The notes under the pieces were generated by a model. It was given only the letters and a program-made list of their open reading frames with translations, ran no database searches and was not told the origin of the DNA. A stretch of 64,000 bases of DNA. Origin: Octopus bimaculoides. Its lineage: Eukaryota. Each line of letters opens with the position of its first letter. Within the stretch, counting starts at the first letter, position 1. The translations under genes and the position numbers were made by a program. The stretch lies in NCBI RefSeq assembly GCF_001194135.2, contig NC_068982.1:1714070-1778069 (forward strand). Reading direction: 5' to 3'. Shown here in pieces: positions 12,496 through 25,579 of the stretch.

Positions 12496-13724
12496 GTATG
12501 TTTAAAATAACTTCATATCGCCCTTAATATTGTATAAAATAGATTAATTTTCTATTAAATCCATACGCAAAAGGGGTATTATATCATAACATATGATCTA
12601 GTTTTGACAAGTGTGAGTACCAGCTGAAATAACCACAAAGTCTTAACTATACGTTAATCAATCCAGGGGAACGCTTCCTTTAAAAACCTCATGCTGCCTA
12701 TTATAGCTATTGTAAATAAATTAATATTTATAAATGAAGTGCTGTGTTGTAATTTAGATTAACAATGAAATCCAACTAATTTCACTTTCCTCAATCATAC
12801 TCAGAAAAATGTTAGGAGCAACACTGGACTCACATTAAACAACATCTCTTTTAGTCGATTTTATTGAGAATGCAGTCATGTAAGAATAACCGGATCTATT
12901 ACCCTAACTCGTTTTGTTGAAGGTTTTTCACAATGCATTTATTGCTTGGGAAGGCCGTTCCTACCTCTACATTTGACTTCGTTGTTTGTGAAGCAAATAT
13001 TTTCATCGCTGTTTAGCGAAAGCACAAAGCAGCAACTATCTAAAATTGTGGCATGGTTTCAATTTCCGGTTGAAACTCCTTCATTTTATCGAGACAGAAG
13101 AAGATAAAAATTTCTGTATGCCTACTTCTCATGTAATATAGGGTCTTAACATCTACACAAAAGACTGAAAAATCAATAACCATCAATGCTGTAACTTTCT
13201 GCAGTTTGTATGTTTCTCAGTATAGATTCCTTGTTGAAACTATTTCATTCTACTTAAGACGCTAATGCCCTTAAAAAATAGGATAGCATCATAACTTCCG
13301 GTTTCTCTTTCCCCTATAAACGTAAGTGGTTTTCGAAGACCAGTTACGTTTCATTTCTGCATTTAATCAAATATTATATTTCAGAAAGTAATATAGCTTC
13401 GCATATGGACAGGGATATATTTAATTTCCTTTTTATTGTGTCTAAAGAAATATTTCCTGTGGTGCTTCTGTATGCACAACCATATTAAAGATAAACAAAC
13501 CTCTTATGAAATTAAAATTACATTTTTTTTTTAATGTAGAAGGGGAGAATATCCAACGAAAAACCATGAAATTCATTTTATTACTTGCAAGAGAAAACAA
13601 TATCGTTTGCAATTTCGTTTTCTCAATAAAATGAATAAACATATCAATTTCACCCAGTTCAGGCTGTAGGATTCAATACTCAGGTTTCGTGAGTAAACTT
13701 CCGGTATTATCTTCTATCTTTTTA

Positions 13725-14128
13725 CTTTTCTTTTATTATTTACATGTTTCAGACTGCGGCCGTGCTGGAGCACCACCTTGAAGAATTTTAGTCGAATGAA
13801 TCGACCCCCCCCCCACCAGTCCTTATTTTATGTCTGGTGCTTATTCCAACGATCTCTTCGGCCGAACCGTTACCTAACGGGAACATGAACAAACCAGCAC
13901 CGGTTATCAAGCGATGGTGTGGGACAAAGACACACAAACAAACACACACATATATATATATATGCAGGACACGCTTCTTTCAGTGTCCGCCTACCAATTC
14001 CATTGACAAAGCTTTGACGGACTGAGGCTACAGTGCTGACACTTACCCAAGATGCCACGCAGTAGGATTGTACTCGGAAGCATGCGGTTGGGAAGCAAGC
14101 TTCTTACCACACAGCTACACTTGTGCCT
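13725..14128 (-). mobile_element. Bipartite SINE family B, near full length
   Basis: Minus-strand tRNA-like head (..gctgtgtggtaagaagcttgcttcccaacc), CORE-like cttgggtaagtgtc, central (TA)/(CA) tract, 3' half ending ccagcacggccgcagtc. Confidence 0.9.
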
Positions 14129-15449
14129 ATATTCTTACCTGTAGTTTGTAAAAGGACAAATATTTCATGTGCTTTCTTTAATTATTATGATGAATATACT
14201 CCGTTTTGTGTTAAATTGATAATAATTGTCTATTTTGACTTCGTTCTGTTCAAATCGTAGACATTGTCTAATATACTAGTTCTTAAGAAAAGTTGATCAA
14301 TCAATAAACCGAAAGGAAAACAAAAGAAAAGTCAAAGCGGCCCAACAGTAGTACTTCTTTGAACGTCTTGTGAATGGTACCAGGAGACAATAACTGTGTC
14401 CAAATACTTTTGCTTGCGTTAGCCTTTATAAAATAGGTGACAGAATTATACAGGTACTCACTTCATTGATTATAATTAAGGTGTGTTATGAAGAAGAAGC
14501 GAGATAGTGTAGTGTAAATATCTCATTGTATTGCTTTCTGTTATTCTAGATTAAGCTAGGTTTGGCTTTGCTTTCCTCGGTATTCCAATAGTTCACATGC
14601 TGTATTGGCATGTTTGCTATTCTATCGTGTCTAAATCCATTTATTTTCATTCACAAATTTAATGTTGGTAAAATAATTGTAAGTAATTATCACCGTAGCT
14701 GATAATGCACTTTAAGTAGACGAACATCTAATTATGTATAACTATAGAACGAAAGCGAGGCTCGTTCCGATTCTGGATCAAGTTTAATATGATTATCCTG
14801 CGAAATACTCTGCAAGGAAGGCATGGAAACGACTTCCGTTTGAAGAGCAGCTTTTTAAGTTCTGATATATTGACAGCGTTATTAAGAACAAATAGACAAG
14901 AAAAAGAAGACAGAAAACGTAGTCCACACGTGACGGTCAGTATAAACAGTACGATGGGATTTGCGAGAGTCTGAGGCATCTAATTGTTTTGTGTTTATTT
15001 AACCGTCACATGACTAATTTGGAATATTCTTTGATGCTAAAGAAGTATTTGTTACAACTGTACTGCGCATGTTCCACTTTTTATATAAATATATTTATTT
15101 CGCCCAAAACATACAAAATATAGGAGTGAATAAAAAGGAAACAATGCAATATGTTTTGAATAACTTTCTATTTGCAAAATGTTTCTCTCTCCATATCATT
15201 TAACGTGCCACATTTTAATGGCGGCAAATACATTTCTACAAACTATAATTCCAAAATGCTTTTGTTGAGAGAAATTAGAATAAATATTCTTGTTTAGATC
15301 CCAACTTTCGATGCATGGATATGTGCTCTTTTGTTATTGAAACTATTCCTAATCAAAATATATCTTGAGTTATTTATTTCGGGAGATCATCTCACCTGTG
15401 TGACACCTTACCTGAAGATGGTGGATACAAGCTATGATGTAGTCTATGA

Positions 15450-16900
15450 CTTCATCAATAAAATTCTACCGAACCAGCTCTCCTAAATATTAAACCCCAT
15501 TTATGTTCTACGTACATGCATACATGATGGCCGTCCACTTGTAAACGGGTAAAACCATTACTGACCACAGCAAAAGCTTTCCACAGCCTGGTGCGAACAA
15601 AGTCCCGGATGATGATGAGAATGAAAGAAAGAAGAGGCGTCTGAATGTCCTTGCGTCTGAATGTCCTTGCGTCTGAATGTCCATAAGATATATGATGCTG
15701 TGGTGAGGAAAGAGCTTTAGAAACGTTTGTCCAGTGTGGGAAGATTTTCGGGACCAGATTCTTCAATGTGCTGCTGAAACACTGGGACATGCTACTGCCA
15801 GACACAGAGACTGGTTTGATGAAAATTATGCTGGAGTTCAGTGACTATTGGCTGTAAAGCGCCTTGCCCACAATGTATTGCTGCACAGAGGACTTTCAGC
15901 TGTGCCGCAAAATCTAGCACTGGCCCACAACAACAGCGTAAAATCACTGTAGCAGCGACCTCCCAGGAAGATGCCGGACACTTGGTGGGAGAGTCTTGCT
16001 CATGATGTCCAGGCTGCTGCTGATGCATATGACAGCAAGAAGCTTTACCATCGTATGAAGCAAATTTATGGGCCTAAAAGCTCTACATTAGCTCCTTTGC
16101 TTTCCAAGGAGACTTTTACTTTGTTTACTAAATAAACAGAGAACACGCGTCGCTGGATTGAACTTTTTTCTGAACTCCTACACCATGAGTCATTTGTGGA
16201 CAAACCAGTGATTGTCACTATACAACAGAGACCTGTCATTAGCTCCATAAATTCCAAGGCCTCAATAGATGTGGTCTATAACGACAGCAGCAAGTGGGAG
16301 CTATAATGACAGCTATAAGTAAATTGAAACTTTGTACGGCACCTGGTGATGATGGTATTTGTGCTGAGGTCCTGCGATGTGGTGGTGATCACGTCACACA
16401 GACCCTTCATGAACTTATTAGCGTAATCTGGAGAGATAACGCAATGCATAAGGACTGGAAGCATGCAATTATTCTTCCTCTCTATGAAGGAAAGGGAGCC
16501 AGAGTAGAATGTAGCAACTACAGAGCTATTGTTCTACTGTCAGATCCTGGCAAGTATTCTTCTTACCTGCCTGAATGGGTCTCTTGTAAATGATGTCCTA
16601 TCTGAATCTCAATGTGGCTTCCGATCTGGAAGAGGGACAATGGACATGATTTTTCACAGCAAGACAGATGCAGGAGAAATGCTATGAGCCGAATATGGAT
16701 CTTGTCCAGGTATTCATTGATTTAACCAAGGCCTTTGATACTGTGAATAGGGCCTCCCTATAGAAAATACTCGGCAAACTTGGATGTCTGGATCACTTTG
16801 TATCATCAATAATTGAATCATTTCATGATGGGATGGAGGCTTGAGTCAATGTTGGTGGTGGCATGGCGGGTGCCATTTTTGTAGCAAATGGTATTAAACG
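15450..16900 (+). mobile_element. RTE-clade LINE ORF2 relic (end of APE endonuclease, linker, RT domains to about domain 4)
   Basis: Broken frames give TDH..LVRTK, RDWFDEN, KLKLCTAPGDDGICAEVL, WKHAIILPLYEGKGARVECSNYRAIVLL, SESQCGFRSGRGTMDMIF, FIDLTKAFDTVNR; many stops and frameshifts. Confidence 0.92.
15637..15684. repeat. 16-bp tandem triplication inside the RTE relic
   Basis: gcgtctgaatgtcctt x3 (last copy ends ..ccat). Confidence 0.9.
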
Positions 16901-16974
16901 ATAATCATTAAAGTATTCTGCTTGATATTTTAGTGAATCATAGGATCATGACTGAAAATTTAGTTTGTATACTT

Positions 16975-17140
16975 GAAGAAACGGTCGAGTGGTTACAAAG
17001 CTTGCTTCACAACTGCTTGCTTCCTATTGTGGTCTCACTGAATAGCACTTTGGGAAAAATGTCTCCTACAAGAGCCGCAGGCTAGCCAATATCTTCGGCG
17101 AGAAACTGGGAGACAGAGCCTGTGCGAAATGCCATCGTTG
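16975..17140 (+). mobile_element. Old tRNA/CORE-like SINE fragment
   Basis: gagtggttacaaagcttgcttc (A-box-like) and gcactttgggaaaaatgtctcctac, resembling the family B head. Confidence 0.5.
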
Positions 17141-17167
17141 AATCTTTGAATTGAGTAATTGTATATA

Positions 17168-17308
17168 CAGTAATCCTTCCCCATATCGCGGTTCACCTAT
17201 CATGGTTCAACTATCGCGGTTCAACTATCATGGTTCAGCTATCGCGGCTCACCTATCATGGTTCAGCTATCGCGGCTCACCTATCGCGTGATACTCGAAG
17301 GGTTACTG
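17168..17308. mobile_element. pogo/Tigger-like (Tc1/mariner) MITE with internal 14-bp tandem array
   Basis: TA|cagtaatcc ... gggttactg|TA; internal units alternate ctatcgcggttca / ctatcatggttca. A second right end ggattactg|TA lies at 17522-17530. Confidence 0.75.
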
Positions 17309-17326
17309 TATTCTTTTCTACTCTAT

Positions 17327-17518
17327 GCACAAGGCCAGAAATGTTTAGCGAGAGGGCCAGTCGATTGTAACGATCTCAATAAGCAACTGATACTTAATTT
17401 ATCGATCCCGAAAAGATGAAAGGCAAAGTCAGCGGAATTTGAACTCAGAACGTAAAGACAGATGAAAGACCGCTAAGCATTTCGCCCGGCGTGCTGACGT
17501 TTCTGCCAGTTCGCCGCT
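17327..17518 (-). mobile_element. SINE family A
   Basis: Reverse complement of ggcgagctggcagaaacgttagcacgccgggcgaaatgcttagcgg..ctgagttcaaattccgc..gactttgcctttcatc..gataaattaagta. Confidence 0.92.
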
Positions 17519-17599
17519 AAGGGATTACTGTATTGTTGCACAAAGTTTTTCATTATAAATGTGTAATATCAAAACAAAAGTTATTTAAATTCTCTAGAA

Positions 17600-17749
17600 C
17601 TGATTCTTTGTAAGCCTAGCACTTATTCTATCGGTATATTTTGCCGAACCGCAAAAGTATGGGGGCGTAAACACACCAGCATCGGTTGTCAAGTTATGTT
17701 GGGCGGACAAACATAGAAACACACACACACACACACACACATATATATG

Positions 17750-17824
<75 letters not shown>

Positions 17825-17984
17825 GGGCTTCTTTCAATTTCCGTCTACCAAATGCACTCATAAGGCTTTGGTTGGCCCGAGGCTATGGTAGAAGGCATTT
17901 GCCCAAGGTGTCACGCAGTGGGACTGAACTCGGGACCATGTGGTTGGTAGGCAAGCAACTTACCACACAGGCACTCTTGCGCCT
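17600..17984 (-). mobile_element. Bipartite SINE family B with central CA/TA/GA compound microsatellite
   Basis: Head revcomp ..cttaccacacaggcactcttgcgcct; ttgcccaaggtgtcacgcagtgggactgaactcggg; gacgggcttctttca. Confidence 0.92.
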
Positions 17985-19025
17985 ATATAAGTAACTAAAT
18001 GAGTAAAAGTGTGTTGCGTGTATATGAATAGAAATAACCAATATTACGTATATTTCAAATAAATTTCCAGATGCAATCTAATGGATTTAGTCTATTTTAA
18101 AAGACACTCTAGACATGGCTGCGTCAAATGTTTCAACTACGGGGTAGTTTTAGCTACATTATCTAATGTGTGCAGCTTATTTGACAGTAGGGTGTCATTT
18201 GTTGGTTCATCAGTAAATCTACTTGTAAATTGAATAAATAAATATTCGAGAAATTACTTCAACTGTTACTGAGGTTCATTCAAATGTTTTACCATTCTGC
18301 GGGTTTAGTCAGGAACATTTTTTCAGCTATTTTGTCAAGAAATGGAGATTTGGATTCTTATCTCTCATTCTTTGCAATAATGCACGTTAATCTGTTTCTT
18401 TTAACAAGTTGTAATTGTTATTATTGTTTCACCTCAGGTAAACTTTGATCTAGCATAACATTACGGAGATAATGAAATACATTTCAATGTGTTATTCTAA
18501 CCGAATATTCTACGATTTTCCCTTATCAAATTGTGTACAGATGTAAAATAAAAGAAACAAAAAGCTATACAGATACGTGAAATATAACTGCTAATTTCGT
18601 AATTTCTGAAAGTGATTAAACAAATAGACAAAATACAGGATTTTTTTTCGACACCACACACACTAAAATTGCTATAAAATGAACTAAACTTTTTTATTTT
18701 GACATTAAAGTCAATATACCATAATCGAATATTGATTTCAACAGCAAAATTCGTCTCTCTACGATATGTCTGTCGGTTCTGTGACAATTTAATGTGACTT
18801 CAGTATCGTCTCTTTGAACAATTTTCAAAACAGATTCCATAATAAGTAAGCATTTTCTATACTATTGCCATGCTAGAGATATCTTTAAGTATTGTGTATA
18901 TATGTGTATATATATATGTGTGTTATTTTTATATATATACACACACAAACACACACACACACATATATATACATATATGTATGTGTGTATGTATGCATGC
19001 ATGTGTGTGTGGGTGGGTGTAATTG

Positions 19026-19064
<39 letters not shown>

Positions 19065-19899
19065 CATTTGTGTATTATTTTTCTTTTAATTACTTAATCA
19101 AAAGTGAAACATTGACAGCCAACTTCTTAACGCCATCTTAATATAGCGAAATAAGTTTTCTAGGAAGACTCAGGGTGTCATTAATTATCGTTTGTATCAT
19201 TGATTAACAATAAAATAAGAACAAAAACAGCAATGTTTAAAATTCAGCCGTTTCCATTTTGCACTTAAATTAACGTTTTGAATGATAATTAACTTTTATT
19301 CTTTCAAATATCATTTAAGTTATAGCAGATAATGTCAGACAGATATCCAAAGCCTTCGTGGTGAAATTGTTTATTTTCTTATGTAGGCATTACCGAGGGC
19401 TATTAAACGTAGCTATTTATTGTGTCTTAACCGAGAAGTTTTGCTTCGAAATGTTTTACAAATTACTATTTGTAAGTGGCAGCTCAAATTTTATCAGATC
19501 ACAATCGGACAGCTTAAGAATGTATCTATTTTACTCACTCCAATAGAAGATTAACCAGCTGAATCCCATCAATTGAAAAGTTATGCATTTCGTTGAATTC
19601 TTTTTTCAGAAGTTCAAACAAGTGAATTGTATCTCTAGCGTAGAATTCGTCGCTTCTAAGTTATACAAGAGTATTTGATATCGTCAAGGTAGGACACTTG
19701 AAATTTCAGTCCATTAGCTCAGGTAATGACAGAATATTTGTAACGAACACTTTCGTTGGTTGAACCAGTCTCTTAATAGTGGTTGCACTTGCTAGCAATT
19801 ATAACCAAATCTCTATCTTCATATATAAGGACATACCACATTAAAATTTATAGAAGGATGGAATGATCACAATTGAACTCGTTTAAACAAAGGTATGTT

Positions 19900-20140
19900 C
19901 CACCAGACTTGACGATAGGTCTAGAACACAGTCAACTGACGAAAGCCCTCAAGGAAATAGGCAAATCACGTGATACTAGCTCAAAATGACTAGGGTTGAT
20001 AAGGGACCACAAGTGGGACCCTTCCGTAGATAAATACTAGCTCAGCTTTCGCTGCCCCACTCAAGTGAAGCGTACAGACTAGAACGAAACGCGTGTGACC
20101 CTGAGATACCTGCTGACGATACCGAAGGGATTCCAGCATT
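19900..20140 (+). mobile_element. Probable decayed Penelope-like pseudo-LTR with two hammerhead relics
   Basis: ctgacga-a-agcc..ggc-aaatc-acgtg (19936-19972) and ataaatactagctcag..tgaagcgtacagactagaac-gaaac-gcgtgtg (~20057-20097). Confidence 0.4.
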
Positions 20141-22427
20141 GAACTACATTTAGAAGAGCTTGCAAAACCTTCTGCATGGGGCTTATTTTTATTTATTTAT
20201 TTATTTCACCTATTTCTATTTTATTTTATTTATTTATTTATTTCACCTATCGGACGTGAATTAGTGCTAAACATCTTTTCTCAGTAGACCGGTACTTTCA
20301 GCTAAGAGTAAACACTATCTAAATTTCTGTTAATATAATATACGGAAACCTCTACGCATCAAGTTACTTTCTGAATCATCATCCTTGCGTATGATAACAA
20401 TCCCATGCAGTTTGCCTACTTTAATATTTTGAAGAGTAGTAGTCAGGTTTTCCTTTCTTTTTATTTACAACTCATCGGAAACTAGTTTTCTTATTCAGAT
20501 GGATATTTTTACACCCAATAATAAAATGGTTTTGGAAATATAATATTACAAAACACTTTTCAAAATGAGCTCTTGCTGTTGAAAGATTTAGTAAACTTTA
20601 AACTTGAAGAATTAATTAGTTTCGGTTTGTATTGTATTTTTAATAAACAAGATGAAGTAACAGAAATAATAAAATGTCAATTTTGCAAGTTTTTTGATAC
20701 TTTTATCTATTTTAAAGTTGTAATCCAGCAGGGGAGCAAAGATATCTTTCACACTTCCACGTTCGACTAGAATTAATAAAATCAACGTCTTGAAATACGA
20801 GTATTTGGTTATGTGATAATTTGAACAAAATCTAGTAATGTAATTTATACTCCGTCGAGTTTTTGTCGTAATTAATGCATTTAATTGTTCTCTTAAGAAG
20901 AAGCATTATGCAAGAACGCATTGTAAGTTAATTCTGAAATATATATTCTTAAATTAAGATTATAGATACAAAACTTATCTACAAGTGTGTTAATTCGATC
21001 CTATAAGTCTAGGGTAGCAGTAAAGACGGAAAAGCTGATTCTTGTAGCTGATTTAAAATATCAAACGCCAACGAAAATATGCATAGAGAATTAATAGAGT
21101 AGTCGACAATAAAATTCAAAGGTTTTCTTTATTTAATATCGTAGACAAGGCAAAATCCTTGTCAGAAAAAAAAAGCGCACTGGATAAAAAAAATTGTTTT
21201 CCTATCTTCTGAGTTCAAAACTCTCTGGAATGGAATTTGTTGTCACGTTAATTGTATGTCATTGTGAATATTAGAGGCAGGTAACGTGAGAAAGAAAAAG
21301 ACGAAGATATATAGTTTGCTCATGCAGTAGAACTCGGGAATTATTCGCCGCAAGTTTCTAAAATAATCAACTTTGATTTTGTCCTTTCTACTTTGATAGA
21401 TGTCAATTTAACCGGTTTAAGTTACTCTTTCCTAAAATTTAACATGATCCATTTCAAAGGAATTTAATACTTTTCGAGAAAGTAGCGAATGATAATATTT
21501 CCAACGTAAACATAGAGTTCATGGATTCTGTCTTCATCCATTTACGGAGCTCAGGTCTTTGCCAAATTATCTGCAACCATCTGGAATATTGTTCATTATG
21601 AAATCATGATATAACAATGTATTTTCTAAATGACATCCATGTTATTGGTAATTTATCCAGAATTACGTCAGTGGTGAGAGCTATTAGCCGTTTAGAAACT
21701 AGGACTTAACTGGTTTGTAATTGTATATTGAATGCACTAAAATCACTTCAACGTAATTTTAGTATATATATTGTTATTTTCAGTGATATTTCTATATTGT
21801 TACTGATATTTCTTGCAGTTTTGCGTATAATTAGCATCATATTATAAGAACTAATGAGGGAAATTATACAAAAATTAAAGATAAAAACAATGTTATGTCA
21901 TATTCATTCTCGGTCTTTAGTTCTATAAAATAAAATCAAACGAAAATTTTAAGTAAAATATGTAATATAGTAAGTTGTCAAATGCTGTTGGTAAGATGCC
22001 ATAGGACGAAATGTTTGTAGTATTTGTGTGTTGGTTGGTTAAAACTTGCTTATATGTCCCATAGACTTGTATATAAATATTTATATAAGTGCATGTGTAT
22101 GTTCAGAAAAGATTATGTACATAGAAACTTGACTTACAAGCTGATTTCAGTACACAGCTAATAGACAATACAGTCTAATATAAATGAGTTACAATTTAAG
22201 TTGTACTTACTTTGTGTTGATTTAATTGTTTCCGAAAAATAAATCCCAGAACGACCAACTTTGAAGTTTGCACCTGTTTAGGAAATGAAACAAAACATTT
22301 AAATAAGTGTAACCAATATTGACTAGACTGGCTAACACGTAAAGAATATCAGCAGTTTTAGTTTTTGACTCTTAATGTTCAATAGCATATTAAAATCTGT
22401 TTGTCGATTCAGTGTCTGTATAATTAT

Positions 22428-22572
22428 TAGTTTCAAATTTTGACATAAGGCCAGAAATTTCGGGAAAGGGCTAACTCGAGAAGAACGACCCCAGAGCTCC
22501 ACTGGTTCTTATTTTATAGACCCCGAAATGATGAATTCATAACGTAAAGACAGACAAAATGCCGCTAAGCAT
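22428..22572 (-). mobile_element. SINE family A, degenerate/deleted
   Basis: gacataaggccagaaattt..cgaccccag..ctggttcttatttt..aacgtaaagacagac..gccgctaagcat. Confidence 0.75.
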
Positions 22573-22599
22573 AAATGCCATGATTTTTCATGAACCGTT

Positions 22600-23240
22600 T
22601 TCCCCAAGATTGACCTGGTACGTGCATACCACTAAATACCAGTGAAATCGGCAGACATCTCGAAAACGGCCGTAACCACTCCATTTGGCTCGTTCGAGTT
22701 CTTATCCATGCCATTTGGTCTGCACAATGCCGCCAGCACTTTCCAACGGTTCATTGATGAAGTCGTTCGTGAGATGAATTTCGTTTTTGCTTACGTGGAC
22801 GACCTTCTCATCTCAGGCTGGATTGCTAGCTTTGGCATCCCCTCCAGGATCACCACTGATCATGGATGCCAGTTCGAATCCCTCCTTTTCCGTGAACTGT
22901 CACGGCTGCTGGGCGTACAACACATTCATACGACTAGTTATCACCCAGCTTCGAATGAAATGGTGGAGAGATTGCATGGGCAGTTAAAGGCTGCACTTCG
23001 CGCTACCTCAGATGCACAACGATGGACCGAATTTTTTCCTATCGTTCTCCTAGGTTGCCGGTCCACTGTTAAGGCGGATATGGGCTACTCTGCCACCGGA
23101 CTCTTGTACGGTGTCACTTTGGCGCTGCCTGGCCAAATGTTGGCACCAGTCGACTCACCGCATCCGTGTATCACCAGATTTCGTTCTTACTTCTCGGATC
23201 TGCCACCCATGACTCTTCCTGACCTGTCTAACGACTCTGC
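22600..23240 (+). mobile_element. Ty3/Gypsy pol fragment: RT N-half fused in frame to integrase core
   Basis: KIDLVRAY, KTAVTTPFGSFEFLSMPFGLHNAASTFQRFID, YVDD, then directly GWIASFGIPSRITTDHGCQFES, TTSYHPASNEMVERLH, WTEFFPIVLLG. No LTRs seen. Confidence 0.95.
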
Positions 23241-24784
23241 TAGCTCGCTGCCTTGTGTCTGTAATTTAATATTTACTTTGTTTTTAATTGAGCGTGAATT
23301 AATTATTCTACACTTTCTTCAATTTTTTGGAGAAAAGATCAATTCAGTGTTTTTCTTTAATTTTCATTATTTTTATGGTTTGTTCAGAGAAATAACGGAA
23401 ATTGTTTTGCAATTTTTGTACATCAGGGACTTGCGTGGGATGGAGAGAAAAATGATGCACATGCTTGCAACGGAGATAACTCTGCTAAAATCTTGGAATA
23501 ACAATTACAGCCAAAGTGCTGCCACATTGTTTCTATCTGTCCAATTCTACTAACTACGCTTCGCTCTGTTCAAGGTTATGGTAGGAAACGTTTTGTGCAG
23601 CACAAATTGTTTGAACCAAGAACCATGTAATTACAAAACTATTATATAGCACGGGCATATTTGTTTAGAAATGTATGTACTCTACGGAAAACCAAGTCGG
23701 TGTTGCAAGACTTATTTTATCTGGCGCTGTCGACGATTCAGAATGGACAACGGGCTGCAAATATTGCAATGACCAAAAAGGCATAAGGGAAATAACTCAA
23801 ATGCGTTTTGATATTTCTTATTTGAAGTAGACAGAAACTAACTATCACTATTAACTATACTCAAAGAACATTGGAGATGATTTTTTAGAAAATAGAAATT
23901 AGAATTAATTTTCGGGCTTTAAAGAAAATTTTGATCTTTGCCGGCAAAAGGAAGCGATCTACAAGTTTCCCTCTTTTAATCACATTACCATATTCAACTA
24001 GTTTCACCCAGGCCCAATATGTTACAGAGCCGACAGAACTTAAGGCTTCTTATTATGTCATCAATATATTTTTGCTTTCTATTCTCAAAGAATTGCTGAT
24101 ATTAACTTCGATACTTAAATTTGAATCCTGCTTTAGTGAAATAAACAGTTTTATAATTAAGCCATTATCTTGAGAATAATCAGAGTTTAGATTGGATTAA
24201 CAACAACAAATTCCCATTAATTCGAAGGAATAATTATCGAAATATTGTATTAAAAGTAAAGTAAAAAGAAAAGCTATTAAGCAGTGATAATAAAACACAT
24301 ATTTCTTGGAAAATTATTTTAATGAGACTCATTTCGTATAAAAATGTATTTATAGGAATAAGGCAAAATGGTGACGGGACTCCAATTTCATGTAGAAAAT
24401 ATCCTCCTCAAAGTGTTTTGGCAATCGCTGGAAAATGGAAAAAATAAGACAAATAAGGAAAGGTATCTTCTATGAAAAATGATAATTTGTTTACGTACTG
24501 AATCCATTGATACGTAGGGTGTAATAAAACCTCTTAAAATTCTATTAAAATTGTCCTGAGCCATCCACCAATGCTAATTCATTTATATCCCGCATAAATT
24601 TCCACCAAGCTTTGTTGTTTCTTCAACAAAAAAGGCAAGAATCATATTGGCTCAGCACGACTATAGAACTTCTGTTTAATTTTTGCATTACGAATATTAT
24701 CAAATGTTATTTCTGCTGAAACAAAACATGGCGAGTCTTTCGATAAAATGTGATGTTTTCGTGTTGTATATACATCCTTTTCTT

Positions 24785-24935
24785 GTTTCAGTCAACGAAC
24801 TGCGGCCATGCTGGGGCACAGAATCGAACGTTTTAGTCGAACCGATTGATTCCCAGTTCTTTTTCTTAAGCCAGGCACTTATTGCACCGACCTCGCAGAT
24901 ACACACGTATACCACACTTACACACACACACATAC
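24785..24935 (-). mobile_element. SINE family B, 3' half
   Basis: cttgtttcagtc..actgcggccatgctggggcac..tttagtcga..cccag..aagccaggcacttatt. Confidence 0.75.
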
Positions 24936-25113
24936 ATACAATTTGAATTTATGTAGACAATATTTATACATCGCCTGAGAAAACACATCTAGAGCTCATA
25001 TTACATAACCAAATCCCTGCAAGCCTGGAGAACTACGTTGCGTAGAAACAATTGTAGTGATTGCAAATAAATGTCCTAGCGTACTCCTTCTTGTTGACTC
25101 TATCTTATTCAAT

Positions 25114-25156
<43 letters not shown>

Positions 25157-25536
25157 NNNNNNNNNNNNNNNNNNNNNNNNNNNNNNNNNNNNNNNNNNNN
25201 NNNNNNNNNNNNNNNNNNNNNNNNNNNNNNNNNNNNNNNNNNNNNNNNNNNNNNNNNNNNNNNNNNNNNNNNNNNNNNNNNNNNNNNNNNNNNNNNNNNN
25301 NNNNNNNNNNNNNNNNNNNNNNNNNNNNNNNNNNNNNNNNNNNNNNNNNNNNNNNNNNNNNNNNNNNNNNNNNNNNNNNNNNNNNNNNNNNNNNNNNNNN
25401 NNNNNNNNNNNNNNNNNNNNNNNNNNNNNNNNNNNNNNNNNNNNNNNNNNNNNNNNNNNNNNNNNNNNNNNNNNNNNNNNNNNNNNNNNNNNNNNNNNNN
25501 NNNNNNNNNNNNNNNNNNNNNNNNNNNNNNNNNNNN

Positions 25537-25579
<43 letters not shown>

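Noticed and set aside
17181-17288. CRISPR-like array (also 398-552)
   Set aside because: Contiguous tandem units without unique spacers, eukaryotic context, no cas genes.
23241-23553. C-terminal third of the 303-aa ORF as a novel domain
   Set aside because: Read-through into AT-rich flanking DNA after the Gypsy homology ends.
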